From: an uncultured Bacilli bacterium
GTDB lineage: Bacteria; Bacillota_I; Bacilli_A; RF39; UBA660
Assembly (NCBI GenBank): GCA_947632685.1
Contig: CANRQD010000001.1
Coordinates: forward strand, 1-54,108
Length of the DNA stretch: 54,108 bases
Reading direction: 5' to 3'
Both the position numbers and the translations under genes were made by a program. A model generated the notes under the pieces. That model made no database searches and was not told the DNA's origin. It was given only the letters and a program-made list of their open reading frames with translations. Each line of letters opens with the position of its first letter. The stretch's first letter is position 1. Of this stretch, positions 11,462 to 22,616 are shown in pieces.

Positions 11462-14400
11462 ATGAGTATTTTTGATAATTTTATAGATATTAATTATAAA
11501 AATGATATGGGTGTATGTGCAAATACATCTGAATTTTTTTCTATATATCTATATAATTTATTTAAACAGCAAAATAAAAATATTTTGGTTGTAGTAAATT
11601 CATTATATGAGGCTAATAAAATTTATTCTTCATTACAAAATTATTTAAGCTCTTGTTTTTTATTTCCAATGGATGACTTTTTAACAAGTGAAGCAATAGC
11701 TATTAGTCCAGATTTAAAAATAACAAGATTAGAAACATTAAATTCATTAAATAATGCTGAAAAATGTATTGTTGTTACAAATTTAATGGGTTATTTAAGA
11801 TTTTTACCTAACAAGAAAAATTATTATAATGCCTGTATAAACTTATCAAGGGGAATGGAAATAAATCCTAAAGAAATAATAAAAAAACTAATTAAATATG
11901 GCTATACTAGGGAATCGTTTGTTACTAAAACAGGTGAGGTAGGTATTAGAGGCTTTGTAATAGATATTTATCCAGTAGGAGAGGATAATCCAATTAGAAT
12001 TGAATTTTTTGGTGATGAGATAGAATCTATAAGATATTTTTCACCTGAAAGTCAAAAATCCATAAAAAGTTTAGAAAGTATTGATATTTATCCTTTTACA
12101 GAATTTATTAGTAACCTAGATGTTTTAGAAGAACATTATAATAAACAAAAATATTTACCCTTCTATGAAAAAGAGATAAATAATATTTCAAAGTATTTAA
12201 CTGACTTAATAGTAGTATATAAAGATTATGAACAATTAGAAATTAGTTTTGAAAATATAATGAAAGAAGTATCAACTTATAAAACAACTAAAGATATTAA
12301 ATTTAATGGTAGATATATGTTTGATTTGTCAGAGATAATAAATAATAATAATTGTTATTATATGAGTTTAAATAATATGTCATCAACCAAAAAAATTTCA
12401 AATATTACAACATATAATGTTTCAACAATTAATAATTTTTCTGAAAAAGAAGAGTTAATAAATGATTTTTTATTTCAACAAAAGAAAAATAAAAAGACTG
12501 TAATTATTTGTTTAGAAAAAAATAGAATTAAAAATCTTGTAAAAAGATTAAAGTATAAAATATATGAAACTGATGAAAATAATATAAAATTACATGAAAT
12601 AAATATTATTGATAAACCATTATCAGAAGGCTTTATTTATAATGATTTTGTAATTTTAACAGAAAATGAATTATTTATACAAAAAAGTTCTTCTAAAAAA
12701 TATAAAACTAAATTTAAATATTCAACTAAAATAAAGGATATAAATTCTTTAAAAATAGGTGATTATGTTGTTCATAATGCACATGGTATTGGTATATATA
12801 ATGGTATTAAAGTACTTTCAAATAATAATATAAAAAGGGATTATATAGAAGTATTATATAAGGATACTGATAAGTTATATATTCCTGTTGAAAAAATAGA
12901 TTTGTTATATAAATATGTAGGTAAAGATGGTATTATTCCTAAAATAAATAAGTTAGATAGTGTTGATTGGAAAAAGACAAAATCTCGTATTAGAGGTAAA
13001 GTAGCAGATATGGCTGATAAATTACTTAACTTATATGCAGAAAGAGAAAGTAGAAAAGGTTTTGCATATAGTAAGGATAGTATTTTACAAAAACAGTTTG
13101 AAGATGAATGTAGCTTTGAACTAACTTTGGATCAACAAATTGCAGTTAATCAAATTAAAGAGGATATGGAAAAAGCTATACCTATGGATAGATTATTATG
13201 TGGTGATGTAGGCTTTGGAAAAACTGAAGTTGCTTTTAGAGCAATAGCAAAAGCTGTAGCAGATTCCAAACAAGTCTTATTCTTATGTCCAACTACTATT
13301 TTATCTAATCAACATTATGAAAATGCACTTAAACGTTTTGAAAATTTTCCAGTAAATATTGCTTTGCTTAATAGGTTTACTAGTCAAAATAAAACAAAAA
13401 AAATATTAGAAGGTTTATCAAATGGTACTATTGATATAGTATTTGGTACGCATAGACTATTAAGTGATGATGTAAAACCAAAAGATTTAGGATTGTTAAT
13501 AATAGATGAAGAACAAAGATTTGGTGTTGCCCATAAAGAAAAAATAAAAACTTATAAAACTAATATAGATGTTTTAACTTTAACAGCGACACCAATTCCT
13601 AGAACTTTACAAATGTCTATGGTTGGAATAAGAAGTTTATCATTAATTGAAACACCACCAGTTAATCGTTATCCAATTCAAACTTATGTAGTTGAAGAAA
13701 ATAAGCAATTAATGAAAGATGCAATTTATAAAGAATTATCTAGAAATGGTCAAATTTTTATATTATATAATCGAGTTGAAAGTATTGAAAAAAAGACATA
13801 TGAGATAAGTAATTTAGTTCCAGATGCTAGAATATCATATGCACATGGACAGATGTCAAAGAATGAATTAGAAAATAAAATGATAAATTTTATAAATAAA
13901 GAGTTTGATATTTTAGTTTGTACTACTATTATAGAAACAGGAATAGATATACCAAATGCAAATACATTAATAATATTAGATGCTGATAGATTTGGATTAA
14001 GTCAGCTTTATCAGATTAGAGGTAGAGTTGGTAGAAGTAATAGATTTGCCTATGCGTATTTAATGTATAACCCAGCTAAAGTTTTAACAGAAACAGCTGT
14101 AAAGCGATTAAATGTAATAAAAGAATTTACTGAATTAGGTAGTGGTTTTTCTATTGCAACGAGAGATTTATCTATAAGGGGTGCCGGAGATATATTAGGA
14201 AGTGAACAAGCCGGTTTTATAGATACTGTAGGAATTGATTTATATTTAAAAATGCTTAATCAAGAAATTTCTATTAGGAAAGGAATAAATCCAGAAGAGG
14301 AAGAAAATGAAAATTCACAACCAATTTTAAATATAGCTACACATATAGAAGATAGTTATGTTGAGGATGAAACACTTAAAATAGAAATTCATAGAAAGAT

Positions 14401-14779
14401 AAATGAAATAAATAGTAAAAAAAGTTTAGAAAATATAAAATTTGAATTAGAGGATAGATTTGGTAAATTAAGTGATGATTTAATAATTTATATGTATGAA
14501 GAATGGTTTGAAAAACAAATCGATAAAATTGGTATTCAAAAAGTTAATCAAACTAAAAATTATATTGAATTAGTTTTTACAAGTGATATGGCTTTAAAAT
14601 TTGATATGGAGGATTTATTTATTGAATCATATAAAATTTCTCCAATGTTTAGATTTAAGACAAGGGGTAATAATATCTTGATAATTTTAGATACTATTCA
14701 TTTAGATAAGCATCCATTATTTTATTTAACTGAATTACTTAATTATATAGAAAATAAATTTATAAAAAAAGTTGACTAA
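11462..14779 (+). CDS. mfd: Transcription-repair coupling factor
   Basis: 1105 aa. Has the UvrB-homology N-terminus, a CarD-like domain, superfamily-2 helicase motifs GDVGFGKTEVA, DEEQRFG and QLRGRVGRS, and a TRCF C-terminus. Confidence 0.95.
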   Translation: MSIFDNFIDINYKNDMGVCANTSEFFSIYLYNLFKQQNKNILVVVNSLYEANKIYSSLQNYLSSCFLFPMDDFLTSEAIAISPDLKITRLETLNSLNNAEKCIVVTNLMGYLRFLPNKKNYYNACINLSRGMEINPKEIIKKLIKYGYTRESFVTKTGEVGIRGFVIDIYPVGEDNPIRIEFFGDEIESIRYFSPESQKSIKSLESIDIYPFTEFISNLDVLEEHYNKQKYLPFYEKEINNISKYLTDLIVVYKDYEQLEISFENIMKEVSTYKTTKDIKFNGRYMFDLSEIINNNNCYYMSLNNMSSTKKISNITTYNVSTINNFSEKEELINDFLFQQKKNKKTVIICLEKNRIKNLVKRLKYKIYETDENNIKLHEINIIDKPLSEGFIYNDFVILTENELFIQKSSSKKYKTKFKYSTKIKDINSLKIGDYVVHNAHGIGIYNGIKVLSNNNIKRDYIEVLYKDTDKLYIPVEKIDLLYKYVGKDGIIPKINKLDSVDWKKTKSRIRGKVADMADKLLNLYAERESRKGFAYSKDSILQKQFEDECSFELTLDQQIAVNQIKEDMEKAIPMDRLLCGDVGFGKTEVAFRAIAKAVADSKQVLFLCPTTILSNQHYENALKRFENFPVNIALLNRFTSQNKTKKILEGLSNGTIDIVFGTHRLLSDDVKPKDLGLLIIDEEQRFGVAHKEKIKTYKTNIDVLTLTATPIPRTLQMSMVGIRSLSLIETPPVNRYPIQTYVVEENKQLMKDAIYKELSRNGQIFILYNRVESIEKKTYEISNLVPDARISYAHGQMSKNELENKMINFINKEFDILVCTTIIETGIDIPNANTLIILDADRFGLSQLYQIRGRVGRSNRFAYAYLMYNPAKVLTETAVKRLNVIKEFTELGSGFSIATRDLSIRGAGDILGSEQAGFIDTVGIDLYLKMLNQEISIRKGINPEEEENENSQPILNIATHIEDSYVEDETLKIEIHRKINEINSKKSLENIKFELEDRFGKLSDDLIIYMYEEWFEKQIDKIGIQKVNQTKNYIELVFTSDMALKFDMEDLFIESYKISPMFRFKTRGNNILIILDTIHLDKHPLFYLTELLNYIENKFIKKVD

Positions 14780-14826
14780 AAAATAAAGGATTGATATTCT
14801 TTATATAGTTATTATAGGAGGATATT

Positions 14827-15516
14827 ATGAATAGTAGTTTAGAAAATGATGATATGTTAAATGAATTAATTGAACAACATTTAACTAATTATAAAAATGC
14901 AGTAATAGAAATAATAAAAAATAATACAAATTCATTAATAGATGAAGATATAATTGTAATTGTTAAAGATCCTCCACTTGCATCTATGGATGTAATTAAG
15001 CAAAAACTTTTGTATTTAGTGAAAAGGGAAGGTATTATTTTGAATGATGAAAAGTTAACTACATTATTATCAAAATATAGAAAACAAATAATAGATGATA
15101 TTAGTAATTTAAAATCTTTAAGAAATGATACTATAATTCAAAAAATAAATGATTTTAATCCTAAAAGAGATACTGATATTATTTGTGTAGAATCTACTGT
15201 TCTTGAATCAATTGATAAAAAGCTAAAACAAGCTATAAAAAAATCTATAATGCAATCTAATAAAGATATTTTATTTAAAAATATTGACAGTATATATATA
15301 AATGTTGAAAATGAAGAAATAAAAACAAATATTACAAATGATTTTGAAAAATATATCAAAACTACTTATCAAAAACAATTACTTGATAATATATCAATAA
15401 AAATAATGATAAAGGATAGAACTTTAATTAGTAGAATAAATGAACAAGGAGAAAGATATTTATTTACAAAATCAAATTCATATATTTTTAAAGATGAAGA
15501 TAAAAGCACTACTTAA
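14827..15516 (+). CDS. Hypothetical protein (charged, helical)
   Basis: 229-aa ORF with a GGAGG RBS and a terminator overlapping its stop. I recognise no motif. Confidence 0.5.
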   Translation: MNSSLENDDMLNELIEQHLTNYKNAVIEIIKNNTNSLIDEDIIVIVKDPPLASMDVIKQKLLYLVKREGIILNDEKLTTLLSKYRKQIIDDISNLKSLRNDTIIQKINDFNPKRDTDIICVESTVLESIDKKLKQAIKKSIMQSNKDILFKNIDSIYINVENEEIKTNITNDFEKYIKTTYQKQLLDNISIKIMIKDRTLISRINEQGERYLFTKSNSYIFKDEDKSTT

Positions 15517-15528
15517 TGGTGCTTTTTT
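15503..15528 (+). terminator. Rho-independent terminator
   Basis: Stem AAAGCAC / GTGCTTT followed by a T run. It overlaps the stop codon of the 14827 ORF. Confidence 0.5.
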
Positions 15529-15658
15529 AGTTGATATTGGAAATAATTACCAAGGTAAATTTTCTATATAAATATTATAATATAAATATATGAAGATATT
15601 TAAGTATAAAATTGAGAATATTAGAAATAATATTTGTAGAAGAAAGTGAGGAATAAAC

Positions 15659-16189
15659 ATGAAAACAACCGGTGTTGTTAGAAGAATAGATGATTTAGGA
15701 AGAATTGTTATTCCAAAAGAATTGAGGAGAACTTTAAGAATTCGTGATGGTGAATCATTAGAAATATTTGTTGAAAATGAAATGATAACATTAAAAAAGT
15801 TTTCTTCTATGTCTGATATGAAAGATATTTCTAATAATCTTGCTAATACAATTAATCAAATAACTTTTAAAAATGTTATAATTACAGATAGGGATAAGGT
15901 AATTGCAGTATCAAATAATATAAAATCTAAATATTTAGAAAAAAATATTTCAAAATACTTAGAACAAAAACTAAATAATAGAGAAACTATTGTAGAAAAA
16001 AGTATGCATGAAATTGAACTTATCGATAACTTAAAGGAAAATTATTCTTTTGTAATAAGTTCTATAATTATGAATGGGGATGCTATTGGTAATGTTGTTA
16101 TATTTTCTGAAAAAGATAGTATAACAGAAAGTGAAGTAAAACTTGCTTCTATAATATCAAATTTTTTAGGAAAATATATTGAAGAATAA
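15659..16189 (+). CDS. spoVT: Stage V sporulation protein T (AbrB-type N-terminus plus GAF-like C-terminus)
   Basis: The SpoVT/AbrB swapped-hairpin motif MKTTGVVRRIDDLGRIVIPKELRR is present. Length is 176 aa. The position after mfd matches B. subtilis. Confidence 0.8.
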   Translation: MKTTGVVRRIDDLGRIVIPKELRRTLRIRDGESLEIFVENEMITLKKFSSMSDMKDISNNLANTINQITFKNVIITDRDKVIAVSNNIKSKYLEKNISKYLEQKLNNRETIVEKSMHEIELIDNLKENYSFVISSIIMNGDAIGNVVIFSEKDSITESEVKLASIISNFLGKYIEE

Positions 16190-16199
16190 AAAAATATGT

Positions 16200-16450
16200 G
16201 ATAATATATCCTCAGTTAAAGGTTATGAGAAAGAGTTTTATGAATTAATTCTATAATAGAGAGTCTAGATTTGGTGGAACTAGATATAGATTTTTATAAA
16301 ATATGGCTTTTGAACCATTATATCGATATGTAGATATAATCGTATATAGGCGTTAACTATTAGAGTGTATAATTAATATTATAAATTAAGGTGGTACCGC
16401 GAATTATTCGTCCTTATGTTTATAATGTTTTTTTGTTTTATGAATATAAT
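16200..16450 (+). promoter_or_regulatory. T-box leader (Met specifier) controlling metG
   Basis: Conserved T-box sequence AAGGTGGTACCGCGAATTATTCGTCCTT at about 16388-16415, and an AGAGA box near 16258. AUG in AAAAUAUGGC (about 16300) is the candidate specifier. A T run follows before metG. Confidence 0.75.
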
Positions 16451-16482
16451 TATTATAAATTTGTAATGAAGGAGCAAGAAAT

Positions 16483-17997
16483 ATGAAAGAGAAATTTTAT
16501 ATATCTACTGCAATTGCCTATACATCTGGTAAACCACATATAGGAAATACATATGAAATAGTGTTAGCAGATGCTATTGCAAGATATAAAAGATTAAAAA
16601 ATTATGATGTATATTTTCAAACCGGCACAGACGAACATGGAGAAAAAATAGAAATAAAGGCAAGAGAAGCAGGAATTAGTCCAAAGGAATATGTAGATAA
16701 AATATCAAATGAAATAAAAAAAATATGGGATTTAATGAATACTAGCTATGATAGATTTGTAAGAACAACTGATTCTAAACATGAAAAAGTAGTTCAACAT
16801 ATATTTAAGAAAATGTATGATAAAGGTGATATCTATAAAGGTGAATATAAAGGCTTATATTGTACACCATGTGAATCTTTTTGGACAGAATCACAATTAA
16901 TTGATGGTAAATGTCCCGATTGTGGAAGAGAAGTAGCTGAAGCTAGTGAAGAAGCCTATTTTTTTAGATTATCAAAATATCAAAAACAATTAGAAGAATA
17001 TATAGAAAATCATCCAGAATTTATTCAGCCAGTAGCACGTAAAAATGAAATGTTAAATAATTTTATAAAACCAGGATTACAGGATTTATGTGTTTCACGT
17101 ACTTCATTTAATTGGGGAATACCTGTTGATTTTGATGATAAGCATGTTGTATATGTATGGCTTGATGCTTTAACTAATTATATTACAAACATTGGTTATG
17201 ATATAGATAATGAAACAGAAGAATTTAAAAAATATTGGCCTGCTGATTTACATTTAATAGGAAAAGATATAATTAGATTTCATACTATATATTGGCCTTG
17301 TTTCTTATTTTCTCTAGGTTTAGAATTACCTAAACAAGTATTTGGTCATCCTTGGCTTTTAATGAATAATGATAAAATGAGTAAAAGTAAAGGTAATGTT
17401 ATATATGCAGATGAATTAGTAGAAGAATTTGGTGTTGATGCTGTTAGATATTATCTTTTACATGAAATACCATTTTCAAGTGATGGAAATATAACTCGTG
17501 ATTTATTAATAGAACGAATTAATAGTGATTTAGCTAATGTTCTTGGTAATTTAGTGCAAAGAACAATTTCAATGGGAAATAAATATTTTAATGGAAATAT
17601 TACTAATAAAGAAATAAAAGAAGAAGTAGATGTCAATTTTATTAATATGATAAATAATCTTGATAAAGAAGTATTAGACAAAATGGATAAATTAGAAATA
17701 AATGCATCTATCGATAAAATATTTGATGTATTAAGAAATAGTAATAAATATATTGATGAAACTACACCATGGATTTTAGCTAAAGATGAAACAAAGCAAG
17801 ATAGATTAGAAACAGTTTTATATAATTTACTTGAAGCAATAAGAGTATGTGCTATTTTATTGGAACCATATTTACCAGATACAAGCAATGAAATTTTAAA
17901 ACAACTAAATAATGATAATGATTTATTGTCATATGATAATTCAAATATATATAAATTAAATAATCCAGAACCATTATTTAAAAGAATTCAATTATAG
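16483..17997 (+). CDS. metG: Methionine--tRNA ligase (short form, no C-terminal tRNA-binding domain)
   Basis: HIGN (PHIGNTY) and KMSKS class I motifs, and a CPxC...CPDC zinc knuckle. Confidence 0.95.
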   Translation: MKEKFYISTAIAYTSGKPHIGNTYEIVLADAIARYKRLKNYDVYFQTGTDEHGEKIEIKAREAGISPKEYVDKISNEIKKIWDLMNTSYDRFVRTTDSKHEKVVQHIFKKMYDKGDIYKGEYKGLYCTPCESFWTESQLIDGKCPDCGREVAEASEEAYFFRLSKYQKQLEEYIENHPEFIQPVARKNEMLNNFIKPGLQDLCVSRTSFNWGIPVDFDDKHVVYVWLDALTNYITNIGYDIDNETEEFKKYWPADLHLIGKDIIRFHTIYWPCFLFSLGLELPKQVFGHPWLLMNNDKMSKSKGNVIYADELVEEFGVDAVRYYLLHEIPFSSDGNITRDLLIERINSDLANVLGNLVQRTISMGNKYFNGNITNKEIKEEVDVNFINMINNLDKEVLDKMDKLEINASIDKIFDVLRNSNKYIDETTPWILAKDETKQDRLETVLYNLLEAIRVCAILLEPYLPDTSNEILKQLNNDNDLLSYDNSNIYKLNNPEPLFKRIQL

Positions 17998-18123
17998 ATA
18001 ATAATGTAAATAAGTGTATACTTTTTTGTAAATTTAACATTTGTTTACATTTTTTAATTATTAATGTGATATATTATAATGGTTGTAAAGGTAGTAAAAA
18101 TATCTGAAAGGAGATTAACCTTT

Positions 18124-18294
18124 ATGCCAGAAAAAATGAAGAAGTGGTTTAATCTTGATAAATTTTATTTTTTAATGTTAATTATTTTTACCATATTTAT
18201 CATTAATAAATTTAATTATCTAGATATAGCATATTTTTTACTGATAACATTTTATTATATTAGAATAAAACTACATCAGAAAAAAAATAGTTAA
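18124..18294 (+). CDS. Small hypothetical membrane protein
   Basis: ATG 18124 behind a GAAAGGAG RBS. It has two hydrophobic helices. A hairpin (AATACC...GGTATT plus T run, about 18293-18322) follows. Confidence 0.35.
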   Translation: MPEKMKKWFNLDKFYFLMLIIFTIFIINKFNYLDIAYFLLITFYYIRIKLHQKKNS

Positions 18295-18348
18295 ATACCG
18301 TTGACAAAATGGTATTTTTTTATTTATTTTATTTGTAGGAGTGATTTT

Positions 18349-19113
18349 ATGTATATCGATACACATTGTCATTTATCTAAAGAATATTATGATGATATTG
18401 ATCAAATTATTGAAGAAGATAAAAATGCCTTAGTAGATAAAATTATTATTTCTGGTTGTGAAAAAAATAATATTTATGAAGTAATAGATTTTATACATAA
18501 ATATGATATAGCGTATGCTACTATAGGTTATCATCCTGATCAAATAGATTTGATAAAACCTGGTGATTTAGAAATACTTGAAAATTTAATAAAAACAAAT
18601 AAAAAGATAGTAGGTATTGGAGAAATTGGCTTAGATTATCACTATTGTAATGATAACAATACAAAAATTAAACAAAAAATGTTATTTGAGCAACAACTTA
18701 CCTTGGCAGAAAAATTATCTTTGCCAGTAGTAATACATAGTAGAGATGCAACTAAAGATACAATAGAAATTTTAAAAAAATATCATCTTTCTGGTATTAT
18801 TCATTGTTTTTCTGGTAGTTTAGAAACTGCTAATGTATATATAAATATGGGTTATAAATTAGGTATTGGAGGAGTTCTTACTTTTAAAAATAGTAAATTA
18901 TATGAGGTTGTTGAAAAAATACCATTGACTAGTATCGTGCTAGAAACTGATAGTCCATATCTTACACCTGAACCTTATAGAGGTAAGCAAAATTCTTCAA
19001 AATATATTCCTTTAATAGCTAAAAAAATATCTGATATTAAAAATATTTCATTAGATCAAGTATCAGAAATAACTATAAAAAGCTGTTATGATTTATTTGA
19101 CTTAAATAAATAA
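18349..19113 (+). CDS. tatD: TatD-family metal-dependent DNase/hydrolase
   Basis: MYIDTHCHL, GEIGLDY, and the HSRDA and HCFSG motifs are present. I place the start at ATG 18349 behind a GGAG RBS. The track ORF starts at TTG 18301. Confidence 0.9.
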   Translation: MYIDTHCHLSKEYYDDIDQIIEEDKNALVDKIIISGCEKNNIYEVIDFIHKYDIAYATIGYHPDQIDLIKPGDLEILENLIKTNKKIVGIGEIGLDYHYCNDNNTKIKQKMLFEQQLTLAEKLSLPVVIHSRDATKDTIEILKKYHLSGIIHCFSGSLETANVYINMGYKLGIGGVLTFKNSKLYEVVEKIPLTSIVLETDSPYLTPEPYRGKQNSSKYIPLIAKKISDIKNISLDQVSEITIKSCYDLFDLNK

Positions 19114-19173
19114 AAATGATACTATTTAACTAGAATAGGATTTAGTTATTACCTACTAATAGGAGTTGGTTAT

Positions 19174-19809
19174 ATGAAAGAGTCTGAAAATACTGGTGTT
19201 GAATATTCAAGAAAAATATTTATTTTGTTATTATTAATTACTTTATTAGTATTAATAGTTATTGGTTTTTCTTTTGCAGTATATATAAATAATGAAAATA
19301 GTATTGAAAATACATTAAAATCAGATCAAATATCTATGGAATATTTAGAATCTGATAATAAAATTTCTATAGTTAATGCAATGCCTACAAGTGATGAAAA
19401 GGGTATGAAACAATTAGGTAAAAATGAATATTTTGATTTTACAGTTAATTCAAAAATAGTTGGTGATGTAAAAATTGAATATGAAATAGCTGCAAGAAAA
19501 GATAAAAATTCAACAATCCCTGATGATCAAATAAAATTGTATTTGGAACAAGAAAAAAGTGGAACATACGTTAAAGTTCATGAACCAAAAAATTATATAG
19601 CTTTAACAAAAGATTCTGAAATAGGAACTCCTGCTGGTTCAATGATATTACACAGAGTTGTAAAAGAAAAAGATAAATCAGAAGGTAATATTGAGAAACA
19701 TTCTGATAACTATAGATTAAGAATATGGCTAGATGAAAATGCCTCTATTTCTGAAATTAGAAACTTTAGTGTTACTGTTGATGTTTATGGAAAAACTAAA
19801 AATAAATAA
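19174..19809 (+). CDS. Secreted/anchored protein, SipW-operon paralog A
   Basis: N-terminal hydrophobic signal/anchor. It shares a clear paralogous core with the next ORF (ISMEYLESDNKISIVNAMPT vs ISMLYTESDNTISITNAIPT; YRLRIWLDEN vs FRLRMWVNEN). Confidence 0.7.
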   Translation: MKESENTGVEYSRKIFILLLLITLLVLIVIGFSFAVYINNENSIENTLKSDQISMEYLESDNKISIVNAMPTSDEKGMKQLGKNEYFDFTVNSKIVGDVKIEYEIAARKDKNSTIPDDQIKLYLEQEKSGTYVKVHEPKNYIALTKDSEIGTPAGSMILHRVVKEKDKSEGNIEKHSDNYRLRIWLDENASISEIRNFSVTVDVYGKTKNK

Positions 19810-19825
19810 TTAAGGGGAGAAATAT

Positions 19826-20440
19826 ATGAATAATACTGATTCAAAAAATATATTGCTATCAGTTATTGGTGTTGCTATATTGTTTGTAGCAATTGTTGGA
19901 ATATCATATGCAATATTTGTATATGTAAAAAATGGAAATACTGCTAACACTATTTCTACAGGAAAAATATCAATGTTATATACAGAAAGTGATAATACAA
20001 TATCAATAACTAATGCAATACCTACACCAGATAGTACTGGAAAAATTCAGAAAGATTACTTTGAATTTACCGCAGCTGCTAATATAAAAGGTAAGGCATC
20101 TATTGATTATGAAATTAGAGCAAGAAGAACAGATGGAGAAGATGCTAATAGATTAGCAGATAATGTTGTTAACTTATATATAGAAAAAAAAGAAGGATCT
20201 GAATATAAAGCAGTTATGGAACCTACCACATATTCTATAACATCAAGTTCAACTTTAAATAATATATATGTTAATAAAGATAGTATGCTATTATATAAAG
20301 GAACTATAGTTAGTAATGATGAAGTATATAAAGAAGAAAAATTCAGATTAAGAATGTGGGTTAATGAAAACTATAAAATGGATGATAAAGAAAAAATATT
20401 TAAGTTAAAAGTGGATATTTATTCTAATTTAAATAAATAA
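19826..20440 (+). CDS. Secreted/anchored protein, SipW-operon paralog B
   Basis: Paralog of 19174..19809. It has a signal/anchor helix and a GGGGAG RBS. Confidence 0.7.
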   Translation: MNNTDSKNILLSVIGVAILFVAIVGISYAIFVYVKNGNTANTISTGKISMLYTESDNTISITNAIPTPDSTGKIQKDYFEFTAAANIKGKASIDYEIRARRTDGEDANRLADNVVNLYIEKKEGSEYKAVMEPTTYSITSSSTLNNIYVNKDSMLLYKGTIVSNDEVYKEEKFRLRMWVNENYKMDDKEKIFKLKVDIYSNLNK

Positions 20441-20515
20441 AGGAGCTTGTTTCCTTTTTTTTAATGCAAATTTATAAATTTCATGATATTATATATTTAA
20501 GATAGAATAATAGAG

Positions 20516-21334
20516 GTGAATATAGTGGATACAGTGTTGCAACAAATAAATGATCAAGAAAAGAAAACAAAATCAAAAACCAGAAAACTAAAAACTATCT
20601 ATGATGTATATCATATTATTACAAAAATATTTTTATATTCTATATTAATGATTTTAATTCTTGTATCTATATGTTTCGTTATATATTTCGTTGATTTACA
20701 AAAAAATATAAAAAATGGTACTAATAAACAACCTCTTTTTGGAGCTTATATTATAATAAGTCCTAGTATGGTTCCAACAATTAATGTATATGATGCAATA
20801 ATTATTAAGCGAACAGAAATGGAAGATTTAAAAGAAGGAGATATAGTTACCTTTATATCTAATGATCCACGATATAATGGTCTTACTATTACACATAGAA
20901 TAACTGGAATTGAAAAATCTCAAAATGGTGAATATTTATTTAGAACAAAAGGTGATAATAATAATACAGAAGATTCATCTTTGGTAAGAGCTGATGATAT
21001 ATATGGAAAAGTTATTTTAAAAATTCCAAAATTAGGTTACTTGCAACATATATTAACAAATGCTTTTGGTTGGGTATTATTAATTGTAATACCATGTATT
21101 GGTGTAGTTATTTACGATATAATTAAAATCTTAAAATCAATTACTCGTCCTAGACTAAATTCAATAAAAAACAGAAATTTATATGATAATGATAATGATT
21201 ATGATGAGAATATAGAAACAATTGGTGAGCAAACAACTGAAGAAAAAGATATTTTCATTAATAATTATCAACAGGAAATAATTGATAATGGTATAACTGA
21301 AAATAAGAATGATGATGACATTGATTATTTATAA
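20516..21334 (+). CDS. sipW: Signal peptidase I, SipW (archaeal/ER) type
   Basis: SPSMVPTI (catalytic Ser), ITHRI (His) and KGDNN motifs match SipW. The likely start is GTG 20525, 6 nt after the AGAGGTG RBS. The protein has an acidic C-terminal tail. Confidence 0.8.
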   Translation: MNIVDTVLQQINDQEKKTKSKTRKLKTIYDVYHIITKIFLYSILMILILVSICFVIYFVDLQKNIKNGTNKQPLFGAYIIISPSMVPTINVYDAIIIKRTEMEDLKEGDIVTFISNDPRYNGLTITHRITGIEKSQNGEYLFRTKGDNNNTEDSSLVRADDIYGKVILKIPKLGYLQHILTNAFGWVLLIVIPCIGVVIYDIIKILKSITRPRLNSIKNRNLYDNDNDYDENIETIGEQTTEEKDIFINNYQQEIIDNGITENKNDDDIDYL

Positions 21335-21354
21335 AATTTTTATGGAGGCTAACT

Positions 21355-21867
21355 ATGAATAAAAAAATGCTTTTATTTATTGTTTTAATTATATTATTTA
21401 TTATTGTATTAATATTTTTAGTAAAAATAATTGGTAAAAATACAACTCCTATGGAAAATAAATTCAAAATTATAAAAGATAGTACAATAAATAAAGAGAA
21501 TTTTTTTAATTTTGGTCCTATAAATGATGATGATATTGATAAGATACCAGAATTTACATTTTCAGTAGTTAGTGAAGAAAAAAATAAATCTAAATATAAT
21601 GTTTTGATTGAAGATGTAGTTGATAATGATAAAGAATCACTTTTATTAAATAGAAAATACTTACATTATGAATTGAAATTAAACAATAAACTTATAAAAA
21701 AAGGAAAGCTTATCGATATAAAAAATAATATATTAGATACTAGGGTTATTAGTAATAATGAAGAAAATAAATATTCATTAAAAATATGGTTAAGTATTAA
21801 TGCAACAGAAATAGATTGGGAAAATAAATATTATACTTATAATATTATTGTAGTGCCAGCTGTATAA
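21355..21867 (+). CDS. Secreted/anchored protein, distant paralog C of the SipW-operon proteins
   Basis: Has an N-terminal anchor. YSLKIWLSINA echoes the YRLRIWLDEN motif of paralogs A and B. Confidence 0.55.
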   Translation: MNKKMLLFIVLIILFIIVLIFLVKIIGKNTTPMENKFKIIKDSTINKENFFNFGPINDDDIDKIPEFTFSVVSEEKNKSKYNVLIEDVVDNDKESLLLNRKYLHYELKLNNKLIKKGKLIDIKNNILDTRVISNNEENKYSLKIWLSINATEIDWENKYYTYNIIVVPAV

Positions 21868-21885
21868 TATGAAAGTGGTGATTAT

Positions 21886-22566
21886 ATGAAAAATATAGTA
21901 ATAGAATATTTTAATATATTATCTTATACAATAACAGGCTTAGTTTTTGGATTGGCAAGCTTTATATTATTAATAAATGTATTTCATTATAATAGTGTTA
22001 ATGAAATATATGTAAAACAAGATAGTGATTATGAAATAAATGATAAATTAAAAGAAAAATTAACTGTAATAAATTCTAATATACAAAAAATACCATCCAG
22101 AGCTAATCCTAATTTTATAGATTACTCAAATATTCAAACAAAACTTAATATATGTGTTCAAAAAATAAATACAAAAGAATTAAATAATATTTTTAATAAA
22201 GACAAAATAACTATGAGTGATGTATATGATATACAACAATTTTATAAAATAAATATTTCAAATGAATGCTTAATTAAAGAATTAAATACGTTAATAACAG
22301 ATGATAATTCTTCCCTTAATAACATTGCATCTTTTAAGACAATAAAACCATTTATTGAGGATAATATAAATAGTTTAAAAGATTCTTCGGATTATATTGA
22401 AAAGGTAATTAAAAGTAATAGTGATTATAGTTTTAGTAGCAATGTTGTTAAAGTCAGTATATTTAATGGGGTTCAAGATAGTTATTATGAATTAATAAAA
22501 GAATATAATAATGCTATTAATTTTATATATGATTTATCTAAATGGTATAATAGTGAAGTAATATAG
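21886..22566 (+). CDS. Hypothetical membrane-anchored protein
   Basis: 226 aa with one N-terminal TM helix and a GTGGTGA RBS. No motif recognised. Confidence 0.5.
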   Translation: MKNIVIEYFNILSYTITGLVFGLASFILLINVFHYNSVNEIYVKQDSDYEINDKLKEKLTVINSNIQKIPSRANPNFIDYSNIQTKLNICVQKINTKELNNIFNKDKITMSDVYDIQQFYKINISNECLIKELNTLITDDNSSLNNIASFKTIKPFIEDNINSLKDSSDYIEKVIKSNSDYSFSSNVVKVSIFNGVQDSYYELIKEYNNAINFIYDLSKWYNSEVI

Positions 22567-22616
22567 GTGCAAGTAATTACAATAGTGGATATAATAAGAT
22601 AGTATTATAGAAAGGA